From positions 13,052-77,051 of the IMG/VR virus record IMGVR_UViG_3300017917_001176: a stretch of DNA of 64,000 nucleotides; one strand, written 5' to 3'. Each line of letters starts with the position of its first letter. The stretch's first letter is position 1. The DNA is from a virus. Shown piece by piece: positions 55,201 through 63,338 of the stretch. Under the pieces are notes generated by a model. The model was not told the DNA's origin. It made no database searches and was given only the letters and a program-made list of their open reading frames with translations. A program made the translations under genes and the position numbers.

Positions 55201-55799
55201 TTGAATGCAGGAATAATGTTAGGCAAAAGATTAATACTGTATTCTTCTGTGCGCACTCCGCTGATGGTAGCGGTGTGTCCGGGCTTGCCCACTACCTGGC
55301 TGTTCACAAATGCGCTGTTCATGATAATGGCAAACTGTTCTTGCCAGTTGTCATTGCCTGGATCATTAAAGTTCACAGGAATATTGCTTAGGTTTAGTCC
55401 TGTGCTGTCAAACACATTTTCTGTGGTGCTCACTGCTTCAATTTTCATGAGTCCAGTGGCGTTGGTATTACGCTTGGGGTTGTAGCTGATCAAGCGAGCC
55501 AACTTCAACACGCTATCACGACGCTCTGCTGTGTCTAGGAAGTTTTCGCGAGCATTTAGGTCTGTGCGGAAAGCCAGGGCCTGCCCCAGGAATGCAATTA
55601 GGTCAATGAGCGCAATGTACTCACTGCTCTCCAGGAAGTCATTGAAGTCTTCTGGATAGTAAGTGCGCAAGTAATCAATCATGCTCTTGCGCAGAGTTTC
55701 AAAGTCATAGCTTTGGAAGTCAGCGTTTTGGAAGCTCTGATAGATTTTTTTCCAGTCCTGCTGGATTAATAAGTTTGTTTGTCTTGTGATAGCGGCCAT
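52287..55799 (-). CDS. baseplate wedge subunit, T4 gp6-like
   Basis: DFETLRKSMIDYL, FNDF.ESS, ENFLDTAERRDSVLKLARLISYNPKR, FGDG, AP..YYTQNRMITGEDY. Confidence 0.85.
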   Translation of the reverse strand: MAAITRQTNLLIQQDWKKIYQSFQNADFQSYDFETLRKSMIDYLRTYYPEDFNDFLESSEYIALIDLIAFLGQALAFRTDLNARENFLDTAERRDSVLKLARLISYNPKRNTNATGLMKIEAVSTTENVFDSTGLNLSNIPVNFNDPGNDNWQEQFAIIMNSAFVNSQVVGKPGHTATISGVRTEEYSINLLPNIIPAFKFQSVVETANMTFEVVSPTSVDQSYIYERDPNPTRIFNILYRNDNLGNASNNTGWFTYFKQGDINTLDFTVTDSLPNRVVSINIDNINNTDIWLFKLDSAGTPTEKWTQVPNVAGFNVIYNTSIERNIFQVNTRANDQVDIVFGDGAFANIPIGSFRVYYRTSNALSYKITPEEMQAVTIPIVYVSRTGRAETITLRASLQYTVNNANTRETLDEIKTKAPQQYYTQNRMITGEDYNILPFTLFSNILKIKATNRSSSGVSRYLDTIDITGKYSSTNVFGEDGVLYRQESVEVQDYVPPTNGDIVGSLNDAINNQLLVDNYVPFTQLFYEKLPRYNTRDVAVNGSIFDVAWTRLTVGTNQSTGFFATSGNYVNSVVNNTYATPIKVGSASSTAMRFITKGAIIKFRASPELLTTPAYFDKTNDIKFGSPGVAGDRVYLYATVVQVNGDGTNSGVINNSIEGPIILSTFVPSGAYIEEIIPQIYNIIPVDILRTTATLINSKKNFGLRFDQLNKTWAVIQPQDLKLIQTNSALIGNGAVNAEYSEANAGNATASSLDASWFIAFVSTNFGYKVYYRQLNYIFESKRETKFYFDPKVRVYDPKSAQVINDQIKVLRSNSAPDLTDSLYDDKIYFIYKMIIDADGFENTSKVLLKYPDSNRDGVPDNPDLFAEIVNPTVNAQNKNVFFKKIYNSNNYVQYEIIDEGAVETAFLSQADIVAVYDQYNNGQIFYASGENRFYTLSVTVQNTVTTRSLTESVNGDAYLLLPGRQNLYFQYRHTSPANRRIDPSPNNIIDLFVLTKQYSTDYQAWVQDTTNRLTKPIEPTTEELQLQYGTLDNYKAISDTLIFASARFKPLFGPKAEAALQAKFKVVKNPNVVVSDNDIKTAVISAINTYFDIGNWDFGEAFFFSELSAYLHSVLTPKISSIIIVPTSTSLGFGNLYQINAEPDEIMVSAATVDNVEIISAITAAQLV

Positions 55800-55819
55800 G
55801 TGATTTTACCCATTTCAAG

Positions 55820-55826
55820 TATTTAT
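55820..55826 (-). promoter_or_regulatory. late-promoter box ATAAATA
   Basis: Intergenic, upstream of the gp6-like gene. Confidence 0.6.
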
Positions 55827-55851
55827 TCACATGAAAAACACCCAGTTTTAA

Positions 55852-56256
55852 TTAGGCGTTGTTGTTGGAATTGCCACTGATTATGCCGGCACTAAGGGTG
55901 CGGCTGTCACGGTCAAAATTCATATCCACTGTGGTTGTTTTGTTTTGCACAAGATATGTTATGGTGACACGTATGTTGATGCCCTGCTCAAACTCGTTGA
56001 TTTGTATGTTTTCCACTGCAATGCGTGGATCGTATGTGGTAATACGTTTTACATCGTCTGTGATGGCCTTGCGAACATCATCTGTAAATGGCTCAAACAG
56101 CATGCCCCAGATAATGGTGCCAAAGTTTGGGTTCATCAGTTTCTCACCCTTGCGAATATTAAAGTGATTGAACAGATTCTGTTGAATCAACTCAAAGTCC
56201 GTTAGGTGAAACTTCTTGTACCTGTTATAAGTGCTGAATCCGTGATAAAGTGCCAT
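55852..56256 (-). CDS. baseplate wedge subunit, T4 gp25-like
   Basis: RKGEKLMNPNFGT.IW..LFEP and YDPRI. Confidence 0.88.
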   Translation of the reverse strand: MALYHGFSTYNRYKKFHLTDFELIQQNLFNHFNIRKGEKLMNPNFGTIIWGMLFEPFTDDVRKAITDDVKRITTYDPRIAVENIQINEFEQGINIRVTITYLVQNKTTTVDMNFDRDSRTLSAGIISGNSNNNA

Positions 56257-56261
56257 AATAA

Positions 56262-56268
56262 TATTTAT
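56262..56268 (-). promoter_or_regulatory. late-promoter box ATAAATA
   Basis: TAAATA-TTATT-ATG; overlaps the upstream stop codon. Confidence 0.55.
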
Positions 56269-57041
56269 CCATTGGTTCTCGCTGCCAGTACGTCCACTGC
56301 GTAACGTCCCAACGAGAAAAAGTTAGTTCCAAAAAATCCGTTGGTATCTCTACCGCCACCACTGGCACGCCAGCGTTTTGCACCTGGATTCTTTTCTGTA
56401 CCGTCGCCTGGGCCCAGTATGTGCGCCACACACAACATGCCTGCAATTGTGCAGAGATTGTCATCGCTCTTTATAGCATTGTTTCTGCTCATGATCTCAT
56501 AGTTTGATTGTAGCAAATCGTACATTACTTTTTCCTGTACTCCTGCACTGCCAAACCAATTGCGCAAACTAAAAATACCATCTTTGCCTGTCCAGGCTGC
56601 ATCTTTTTTAACTGCTGCACGTCCAAACTTTGTTACAAACTCTGGTTTCAAGTATCCCAGCGTTTTTAATGTTTCTGCTTCCAGCTGATACTTGCCCACA
56701 AAGTCAGCTGGGCCTATTAGGTCGTAACTGAAGCCACTTACTGTTTGCCCAATCATGGTCATAACAGCCTTGATGTGCAGTGTGCTCAGTCGTCCTATTC
56801 CCCCAGGCGGATTAGGATTGTCAACGCTGACTAAAAAACTTTTAGGAATCTGTTGTATTGTGGTTAGTCCTTGCACCTTGGCTGCTTGCGGACCTGTGTC
56901 TAGCTTTTCCTCGCCGGATGTTTTATAGGATCCGTCTTCGTTGTAAACAGGAAAGCCGCGGGTATCACGTACCACATTGTTAGGAATGCACTCGTCTTCG
57001 GTGCGAACTACAACATTAACAGGAGCGGTGTTTAAATCCAT
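56265..57041 (-). CDS. putative tail-associated lysozyme-fold protein
   Basis: GKYQL...TL...G, QE..M..L...N and AHILGPG motifs; directly after the gp5-like gene. Confidence 0.55.
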   Translation of the reverse strand: MDLNTAPVNVVVRTEDECIPNNVVRDTRGFPVYNEDGSYKTSGEEKLDTGPQAAKVQGLTTIQQIPKSFLVSVDNPNPPGGIGRLSTLHIKAVMTMIGQTVSGFSYDLIGPADFVGKYQLEAETLKTLGYLKPEFVTKFGRAAVKKDAAWTGKDGIFSLRNWFGSAGVQEKVMYDLLQSNYEIMSRNNAIKSDDNLCTIAGMLCVAHILGPGDGTEKNPGAKRWRASGGGRDTNGFFGTNFFSLGRYAVDVLAARTNG

Positions 57042-58504
57042 TACAGTGCTCCTGACACGCTATCGCTTTCGTTTGCACCCAACACACGTTCCCATGGTTC
57101 ATGTGTAGGCGCCACTGCCACAATGGTATTCAATTTACCTGGCTGTATTTCCCAGAGCAGTGTTCCAGGATTGTATGTGGTGTCACTGTGCAGGTACTTG
57201 GTAATTGGAGCTGGTTTGCTCACTACTGGTGCAGGACTGGTATTAAGGTGTATTGGGCCACCACTGAATATCAGTGTGCCACCGGCTTTGAAACTGCCTG
57301 TACTACTTGCAGAAATATTCACATCACTGCTGCCACCAATTTGCACTGTGCTGGCATAAATTTTTGTTAGGTCAGCACTGGTTTGATTAAACACCTTGGT
57401 GTTAATATCAAATTTATTACCAGCGTACATGTTGATTTCATCCTCGGCGTGCATGTTGATTTTTTGATCGCTGTGAATGTTGATGTCGCCTTGACTGCGC
57501 ATGTTAAGACCGCCGCTGCTAAAAATGTGCAGCTGACCGCTTTTTGCCAACTCTATCCAACAGGTGCCTTCGCTGTTGATAATGTAGGTCATGCCATTGG
57601 TGTCATCCATTAGAATCTGATGACCATCTGTGGTACGCAATCTTAGCAGTTTGCTTTTTCCAAAGAAGTCGCCATCGTCCATGACAAAGCTGTGCCCACC
57701 TTTGCGCCCTAGTCCCAGTGGAATATCGCTGTCCTCGATGTCGCTGTTGGTAACCTTGTCCTGTAATGTTTTATTATCGCCAGTATCGCCAATGGCAGGA
57801 CGTCCTGGTGTGCTGATTCCGAACACTGCGCTGGTTATGTTGCGCTGTACTGAACTGGTTTGTGCTCCACGCATTTGATCACGATCCAGTCCTTGCTGAA
57901 TATATCTCAGCGTTTGGTACTCATGCACAGGCTTTTTCTTTTCAAGAAAGTCCGAGCTAACGTTTTCACCATCGTTTTCGTTTGTTTCTGTTAACGGCCA
58001 AAAACTTTCATCTGTTAGTGCTTTGTCTAGCCCGTTGCCTAAAATGCCAGTATCCATCTTGGATCTATTTCCGCCAGCAATGGCAGGAATCATGTTCACG
58101 CCCAGTTTGTTCACTGTGCAGGCAAACCAATAGCCACGCTGCGGGTCACCGTTGATAAAAATTACCAGCACAGTGTTGCCAATGTCTGGTGGTACTGCCC
58201 AGAAACCATAGGTGTGCTGCACAAACAACCAGTTGTTCAGCGCAGTGGCGTCATATCCTTCGGGCTGATAAGATGTGCCAGCAAATGGACTTGCATAAGA
58301 AACAGTGTACCAGTTTTGTGGATCATCTTGATCACCTGCGCCCATGTCTGGAATCCAAACCTGTAAACGTCCAGCACGAGTAGAGTCTTTGGCATTTTTA
58401 ACCACAGCTTCATACGGACCAGGGTTGATATTCTGGCCATTGGCCTCACCGGCCTTGACTCGTTTTGGTACTTTACTTCCGTATATCTTATCTGATGATC
58501 CCAT
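57041..58504 (-). CDS. baseplate central spike, T4 gp5/VgrG-like (OB fold plus beta-helix, no lysozyme domain)
   Basis: D..RAGRLQVWIP, VPPDIG..VLVIF..GDP, GHSFVMDD, GHQILMDDT, beta-helix repeats. Confidence 0.85.
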   Translation of the reverse strand: MGSSDKIYGSKVPKRVKAGEANGQNINPGPYEAVVKNAKDSTRAGRLQVWIPDMGAGDQDDPQNWYTVSYASPFAGTSYQPEGYDATALNNWLFVQHTYGFWAVPPDIGNTVLVIFINGDPQRGYWFACTVNKLGVNMIPAIAGGNRSKMDTGILGNGLDKALTDESFWPLTETNENDGENVSSDFLEKKKPVHEYQTLRYIQQGLDRDQMRGAQTSSVQRNITSAVFGISTPGRPAIGDTGDNKTLQDKVTNSDIEDSDIPLGLGRKGGHSFVMDDGDFFGKSKLLRLRTTDGHQILMDDTNGMTYIINSEGTCWIELAKSGQLHIFSSGGLNMRSQGDINIHSDQKINMHAEDEINMYAGNKFDINTKVFNQTSADLTKIYASTVQIGGSSDVNISASSTGSFKAGGTLIFSGGPIHLNTSPAPVVSKPAPITKYLHSDTTYNPGTLLWEIQPGKLNTIVAVAPTHEPWERVLGANESDSVSGAL

Positions 58505-58525
58505 GGGTGTTTCCTAGTTATACAC

Positions 58526-58532
58526 TATGTAT
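58526..58532 (-). promoter_or_regulatory. variant late-promoter box ATACATA
   Basis: Intergenic, upstream of the gp5-like gene. Confidence 0.4.
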
Positions 58533-58538
58533 CTGTTG

Positions 58539-61500
58539 TTAGGCAGTGCCAAGTTGTTCTTCAATGTCATTGGCTTCATTTTCTAGCTTGATAGTTTCAG
58601 CTGCAAACGAGTCGGTGACTGCCACTGCATCTCTAAATTTCTTATCGTACGGTTCTCTAGCAGCCTTGGCTCTGTCCACTCGTGCCTGTTCTGCATCAAG
58701 TGTTGCTTTCAACGAAGCATTACTTGGGTCTGCTTGAGACGCTGCACGAGCTCTAGCTAGATTTGCAAGTCTAATAGGATTCTCTGCTTGTACAGCACGT
58801 AGTTCTTCCAGTACTGCATTTTCTTTGGCCTTGGCTTCTGCTTGTTTGGCTTTGGCAGCTGGAATTAATTTATCGTCAAGTTCTGTTAACCTAGCTCTAA
58901 GCGCCGGTGCATTAGCTGGCGGATTCTTAGGAGCCGGCGAATTCTTTTGATCCAATGGTGCCACTTGTCCAGGATTCTCGTTGTTCTGTCCATAGTAATC
59001 ACTGGCTTCTTGTGTTTCGCCTGTTTCAGCTGCTGATTTTAATTTGTCTGACTGCGGGTCTTTTTCTTCGTTTTGTTCTTCTGTGGCATCCACATCAGAC
59101 ACGCTCTTGTTTGGCTCAGTTTCTCCTGGAGGATACTTTTTACCCATTAGCGCACCCAAGATCAATGTCTTTTGTTGTTCATTGAATGCGTTACTGTCCA
59201 CAGCCTTATAACTGGTACTGCCATCGCCGGATACCAGCTTTGGTAAATCGTCTTTGCGTTCACTCGAGCTGTCGCCTAGTGCATTGTCGTAGTCCTGAGG
59301 TTGATCTGGCAAGCGAATACACGAAAGTGTTTGCTCAAACTTACCACCACTGAATGTACTCTCCACAGTGAGCACACGATATATTCCGCTGAACTTACTG
59401 ACCTTGTAGTTGCTGTTTTCTCTCAAGCCGCCTGTTTCCTCATCAATGTCCACTGGCGTTCTCCAAGACAGCAGCACGTGAATTTCACCTGCGTCCATGG
59501 AAATACTACTGTCTGGGCCTGCTACATAATCACCGGGCACTGTGCCTGTTTCAGCATAACGTCTGGCATTGGGATTGTAATAAATTTCATCCTGCTTGAT
59601 AAACTGTGGATCACCAAAGATTTTTAAATTAACAGCCAATTGGTCTGCACCACCACCATTGTTTTGCTGCTCAGCAAATGATGCCGTGGCCATACTTTTG
59701 CTGTCTTTACGTTGGTTACCAGTTGCAGTTGTTTGCGGGCTGTCGCCTTTTGGCTCTGTACGAAGTGCTTGAATTGGACTGCCAGCAGCACGGTCTGGTT
59801 TTTTATCCTTGGCAATTTGTTCAGAGTTCTCATCCTGATCTTTTCCAGGCTGTGGTCCTGCAACTGCTGTTACTTTACCGCGGTCAATGTTGACTGCTGT
59901 ATAAAATGCAGAATCAAATTCAATTTGAAAATCAATGATGTCACTGTTCTTGCCAGTGTACAAGTAAAAGTATTCCTTATGCCACCCAGTTGGCAAATCC
60001 TTAGGAGCATTAGGGTGTGTACGATTGTACACTGTGTAAGGAACCACATTGTAGGTTATATCCATGTACCACTTGCTGGTTTGCGTACAGAACTTGCGCA
60101 ACTTAACACTGGTAGTAACTTTCCACCAGTTGATTGGTTTTTCTGATGCGTTTGCCTGTTCCTGTAGATCCTTGGTTGGATCAATCATCTGGGATCGTAT
60201 GTATTGGCTGGATGCCATCATGGTGTTGATAACCTGCACCACGCTGGTTCCACTGTTAACTGGAAACTTACCTGTTTTAAAATTTGGTTGAGCAGTTGGC
60301 TTGCCTGCGTCTGCTTTTATGAGATTTTTACGGTCTTTGGCATTTGTAGGATCTTTTTCTGCAACCTGTTTAGATGACTGTGCTTGCTCGGCAATAATTT
60401 TGCCGCCTTCGTTGTTATTGGCACCGGTGATTGCTTTATCAAAGACCACGTTGATGGTATTGTAGTCTGTTGCATTGTTGTTTGTGACCAGTCGCTCTTG
60501 CCAGGCATTATATGCTGCAACAAAACTGCGCACGTTGTAGGTTGGCACACTGTCGTCTTCGCCAGTGGGACTGCTTTTTTCTTTTTCAGTTTTTCTTGTG
60601 TTAGTGGTTTTATTTGGATCTTTTTTCTCGTCGTCTTCTTTTTTCTTCTTTTCACTTTCAATGCGCTGATTTTCTTTTGCTGCGGCAGCGGCTGCGGTAC
60701 CATTTTCGTCAGTATTCAAAAAGAACTCTGTTAGTGTGCCTGCTGTGACTTCAAAGTTAGCAGGTGTTGCTGCCACACTTTCAGTGAATCCACTGTGTGC
60801 ATACGGCACTGCGGTTATTGAATATTCAGCTCCTCTAATGGATGCTTTGATACCGCAGGATAACAGTTTTATTGGTATGAACTTTCTTTGCCCAATTAAA
60901 TGAATTGGAACTCCTTCATCACTGTATCCGTAAAAGTTAATCTCAATCAAGTAAGGAGCTTCTAGATAATTCTTTCCGTCTACTGCTGGATCTTTACAGC
61001 AGTCAATCAATCTATCAATCAGCGTGATGCCGTACGGTTCTATCAGTGTCCAGCTGAGTTCAACTGCGTTGGTTCCTTGATTGCCTGCGGTGCTACCAAT
61101 AATGGTGGTCATTTTGAAGTTGTCAAAGTAAAAATCATCTTCAAAGTTTTTGTCTCTGAAATATCCAGAGTTTTGATCTCCGTAGCGACCTGCTCCACCA
61201 ATCAGTGTTTTGCTTGGCTTCCATCCTTTGTCTGGGTCACTGCCCATTGCATTAAAGTCGTCTTTGCTCAGCATGTGCAAGCTGATGTTATAGGTATAGG
61301 ACGAAAACTGTCCCAGTAGATTAGGAGTTGGAACAATACGAGGACGACGATCCTTGGTCAGCACAATCTTAGCAGCATCTACTACTTCAGTATTACTGGC
61401 ACCTTGTGCCTGAAATACACCGGCACCAAGTTTGACTTTTGAACTGTTACCAAACGCATCGTCTTGACTTGGGCCACCAGGTGGTCTGGTATCTTCGGCT

Positions 61501-61991
61501 GCGGCACCAGGTTCTGCTTCTTGGCTCTTTCCTGCGTCGTTGATATTTTTTGTTTCGGTAGGTGTAGCTGGTGTTTCCTCTACTGTGCCTGTTTTGTTTT
61601 CTATGCTACCTGCTGCGGTATCTGGCGGAGTAGTGGTTGCTGGTTTAACGCCTTGAGTGTTCTTGAGTTCACGCTTTTCTTGACGTAGGTCATAATTTAC
61701 AACTTCAATGTTATTGCTAGTGGTTGCTATTAATTTGTCTAGGTCTTTGATTAATACTGGATCAAAAGGTTCTGCAAGGCCTGCTTCTTCACGCAGTTTA
61801 GTTAAATTACCAGAAGAACTAGCCAGCTCTTGATATAACTGTTCAAGCGCAGTAATGTTCTCAGCGGTGTCACCTTTGCCTGCACGAACACTGTCTGAAA
61901 GCTCAGACACTTTGTCAATCAACGGGTTGAACTGAGTTTTGACGATTTCGTTGCGTCTGTCACGCAACGGTCTGTTTTCACCTACAGCCAT
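58539..61991 (-). CDS. baseplate hub protein (gp27-like) with helical terminal extensions
   Basis: IEPYG.TL, L.I.GDP.F, FSGIYRV..VES.FSGGKFEQTL; position between gp53- and gp5-like genes. Confidence 0.65.
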   Translation of the reverse strand: MAVGENRPLRDRRNEIVKTQFNPLIDKVSELSDSVRAGKGDTAENITALEQLYQELASSSGNLTKLREEAGLAEPFDPVLIKDLDKLIATTSNNIEVVNYDLRQEKRELKNTQGVKPATTTPPDTAAGSIENKTGTVEETPATPTETKNINDAGKSQEAEPGAAAEDTRPPGGPSQDDAFGNSSKVKLGAGVFQAQGASNTEVVDAAKIVLTKDRRPRIVPTPNLLGQFSSYTYNISLHMLSKDDFNAMGSDPDKGWKPSKTLIGGAGRYGDQNSGYFRDKNFEDDFYFDNFKMTTIIGSTAGNQGTNAVELSWTLIEPYGITLIDRLIDCCKDPAVDGKNYLEAPYLIEINFYGYSDEGVPIHLIGQRKFIPIKLLSCGIKASIRGAEYSITAVPYAHSGFTESVAATPANFEVTAGTLTEFFLNTDENGTAAAAAAKENQRIESEKKKKEDDEKKDPNKTTNTRKTEKEKSSPTGEDDSVPTYNVRSFVAAYNAWQERLVTNNNATDYNTINVVFDKAITGANNNEGGKIIAEQAQSSKQVAEKDPTNAKDRKNLIKADAGKPTAQPNFKTGKFPVNSGTSVVQVINTMMASSQYIRSQMIDPTKDLQEQANASEKPINWWKVTTSVKLRKFCTQTSKWYMDITYNVVPYTVYNRTHPNAPKDLPTGWHKEYFYLYTGKNSDIIDFQIEFDSAFYTAVNIDRGKVTAVAGPQPGKDQDENSEQIAKDKKPDRAAGSPIQALRTEPKGDSPQTTATGNQRKDSKSMATASFAEQQNNGGGADQLAVNLKIFGDPQFIKQDEIYYNPNARRYAETGTVPGDYVAGPDSSISMDAGEIHVLLSWRTPVDIDEETGGLRENSNYKVSKFSGIYRVLTVESTFSGGKFEQTLSCIRLPDQPQDYDNALGDSSSERKDDLPKLVSGDGSTSYKAVDSNAFNEQQKTLILGALMGKKYPPGETEPNKSVSDVDATEEQNEEKDPQSDKLKSAAETGETQEASDYYGQNNENPGQVAPLDQKNSPAPKNPPANAPALRARLTELDDKLIPAAKAKQAEAKAKENAVLEELRAVQAENPIRLANLARARAASQADPSNASLKATLDAEQARVDRAKAAREPYDKKFRDAVAVTDSFAAETIKLENEANDIEEQLGTA

Positions 61992-61994
61992 AGA

Positions 61995-62303
61995 TTATAG
62001 CCCCAACGCCTGAACCAACGTTTCTTTCTTTGGTATGCTGATCTGTACCCCAGGAATAAAATCACCTAGGGGATTTTTTAATGTGTTAGGATTACGTGCA
62101 GCAAATACCCACCATAGTTTGGCATCACCGTACAGGTCGTATGCCAATAGATCCGGGCGATTCTTGTACACGCGGTCAATGATATATTGTACATCATCAG
62201 GACGAGCAGGAATTGATCGATAGCTCAATACGTCCAGAAAGTTACCAAACTTGCCTGTGGTAAAATAAGGACTGCTTTTTGAATATTCAACTTTAGTAGC
62301 CAT
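61995..62303 (-). CDS. baseplate wedge subunit, gp53/LysM-like
   Basis: RPDLLAYDLYGD..LWWVFA.RNP...I.IP. Confidence 0.85.
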   Translation of the reverse strand: MATKVEYSKSSPYFTTGKFGNFLDVLSYRSIPARPDDVQYIIDRVYKNRPDLLAYDLYGDAKLWWVFAARNPNTLKNPLGDFIPGVQISIPKKETLVQALGL

Positions 62304-62305
62304 GA

Positions 62306-63262
62306 TTATAAAATTCCCCCAATGCCGCGGATGTCGTTCATGCCAGTCAACTGTCCACGTGCATAGTCATCAAGATTAAACTCTTGGTGAATGCGACTGC
62401 GACTGTACACTGGTTGTAGGGTCACACTCATGGTGCTGATTGTAGGCATGCGCTGTCCTAGATACATGTCGCCAGTTAACGGAATATAGTCAACGTCCGG
62501 CGGCATGGTATGTGTGAAGTTGGTTACCACACAGCTCACATGAGGCAGATACACTTTGCCGTAGCCATCTAGATACACAATCGGCGGTGGTGTACCCACT
62601 GGTGCTGTCCAGCTGGTACCAAAGAACATCTTGGTGCATGCACGTAGGAAGTAGATACAGGCCAGTACGTACTCGCCTTCTACTTCATTCTGTACGGTAA
62701 ACTCACCACTGATAGTAATTGATCCAACATCACTGCCTTCATAGAAGTAGTTTTTAAAATTGCTGTGTGTCAGTGCTTGCTCTTGATATCTTGCATTGTG
62801 CGTGATCTGTATGCTAGGAGTGTACGGAAATACCACACCATTGATTCCACTGTTAAGCAAGGGTGCAGTAATACCACCACCAAAGGGATCTTTGTAAAAA
62901 GACATGCTCTTGGGTGGCATGGTAATACGCACACGCCAGTCTTGATCTGGCGCAACTAAAGTAGAACTGCTGACTCCAGGTATTTCCACTGGGTCTGGTG
63001 TTCTAACTGATGTTGAGTTTACACCGCCTTCGTGTAGTCCTGCGTTTGATCTACGCTGGTCGCTGGGATTGAATCCAAAGAATCCTTTGGCTGTGGAATT
63101 TACAAACGACTTGGCCCACGGTGGTGGCGCTGCTGGTTCTTTTCCTGCTTGCCCGTCATTGGGCTTGCGCATGCCAAAGGGTCCGGACTCGGCTGCAATT
63201 TCGTCATCGGTACGGGTTCTAAGATTAGTGGCCCTACCTTCGCTGTCGGTTACTACTGGCAT
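62306..63262 (-). CDS. tail tube initiator/baseplate protein (gp48/gp54-like)
   Basis: FPYTPSI, G.PPPIV.L.GYG, CVVTNF.HT.P.DVDY, P....MSVTLQP. Confidence 0.7.
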   Translation of the reverse strand: MPVVTDSEGRATNLRTRTDDEIAAESGPFGMRKPNDGQAGKEPAAPPPWAKSFVNSTAKGFFGFNPSDQRRSNAGLHEGGVNSTSVRTPDPVEIPGVSSSTLVAPDQDWRVRITMPPKSMSFYKDPFGGGITAPLLNSGINGVVFPYTPSIQITHNARYQEQALTHSNFKNYFYEGSDVGSITISGEFTVQNEVEGEYVLACIYFLRACTKMFFGTSWTAPVGTPPPIVYLDGYGKVYLPHVSCVVTNFTHTMPPDVDYIPLTGDMYLGQRMPTISTMSVTLQPVYSRSRIHQEFNLDDYARGQLTGMNDIRGIGGIL

Positions 63263-63276
63263 AAGTACAATTCCTC

Positions 63277-63305
63277 TTGCTTTTTTATTATTTATTCGTT
63301 ACAAT
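63277..63305 (+). promoter_or_regulatory. sigma70-type promoter for the late sigma gene
   Basis: TTGCTT (63277-63282), 17-nt spacer, TACAAT (63300-63305). Confidence 0.6.
63289..63295 (-). promoter_or_regulatory. late-promoter box ATAAATA for the baseplate operon
   Basis: Upstream of ATG 63262; lies in the spacer of the opposite-strand sigma70 promoter. Confidence 0.6.
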
Positions 63306-63338
63306 ATCTGGGTAGTTTTATAAAGGATATCCAAACAC

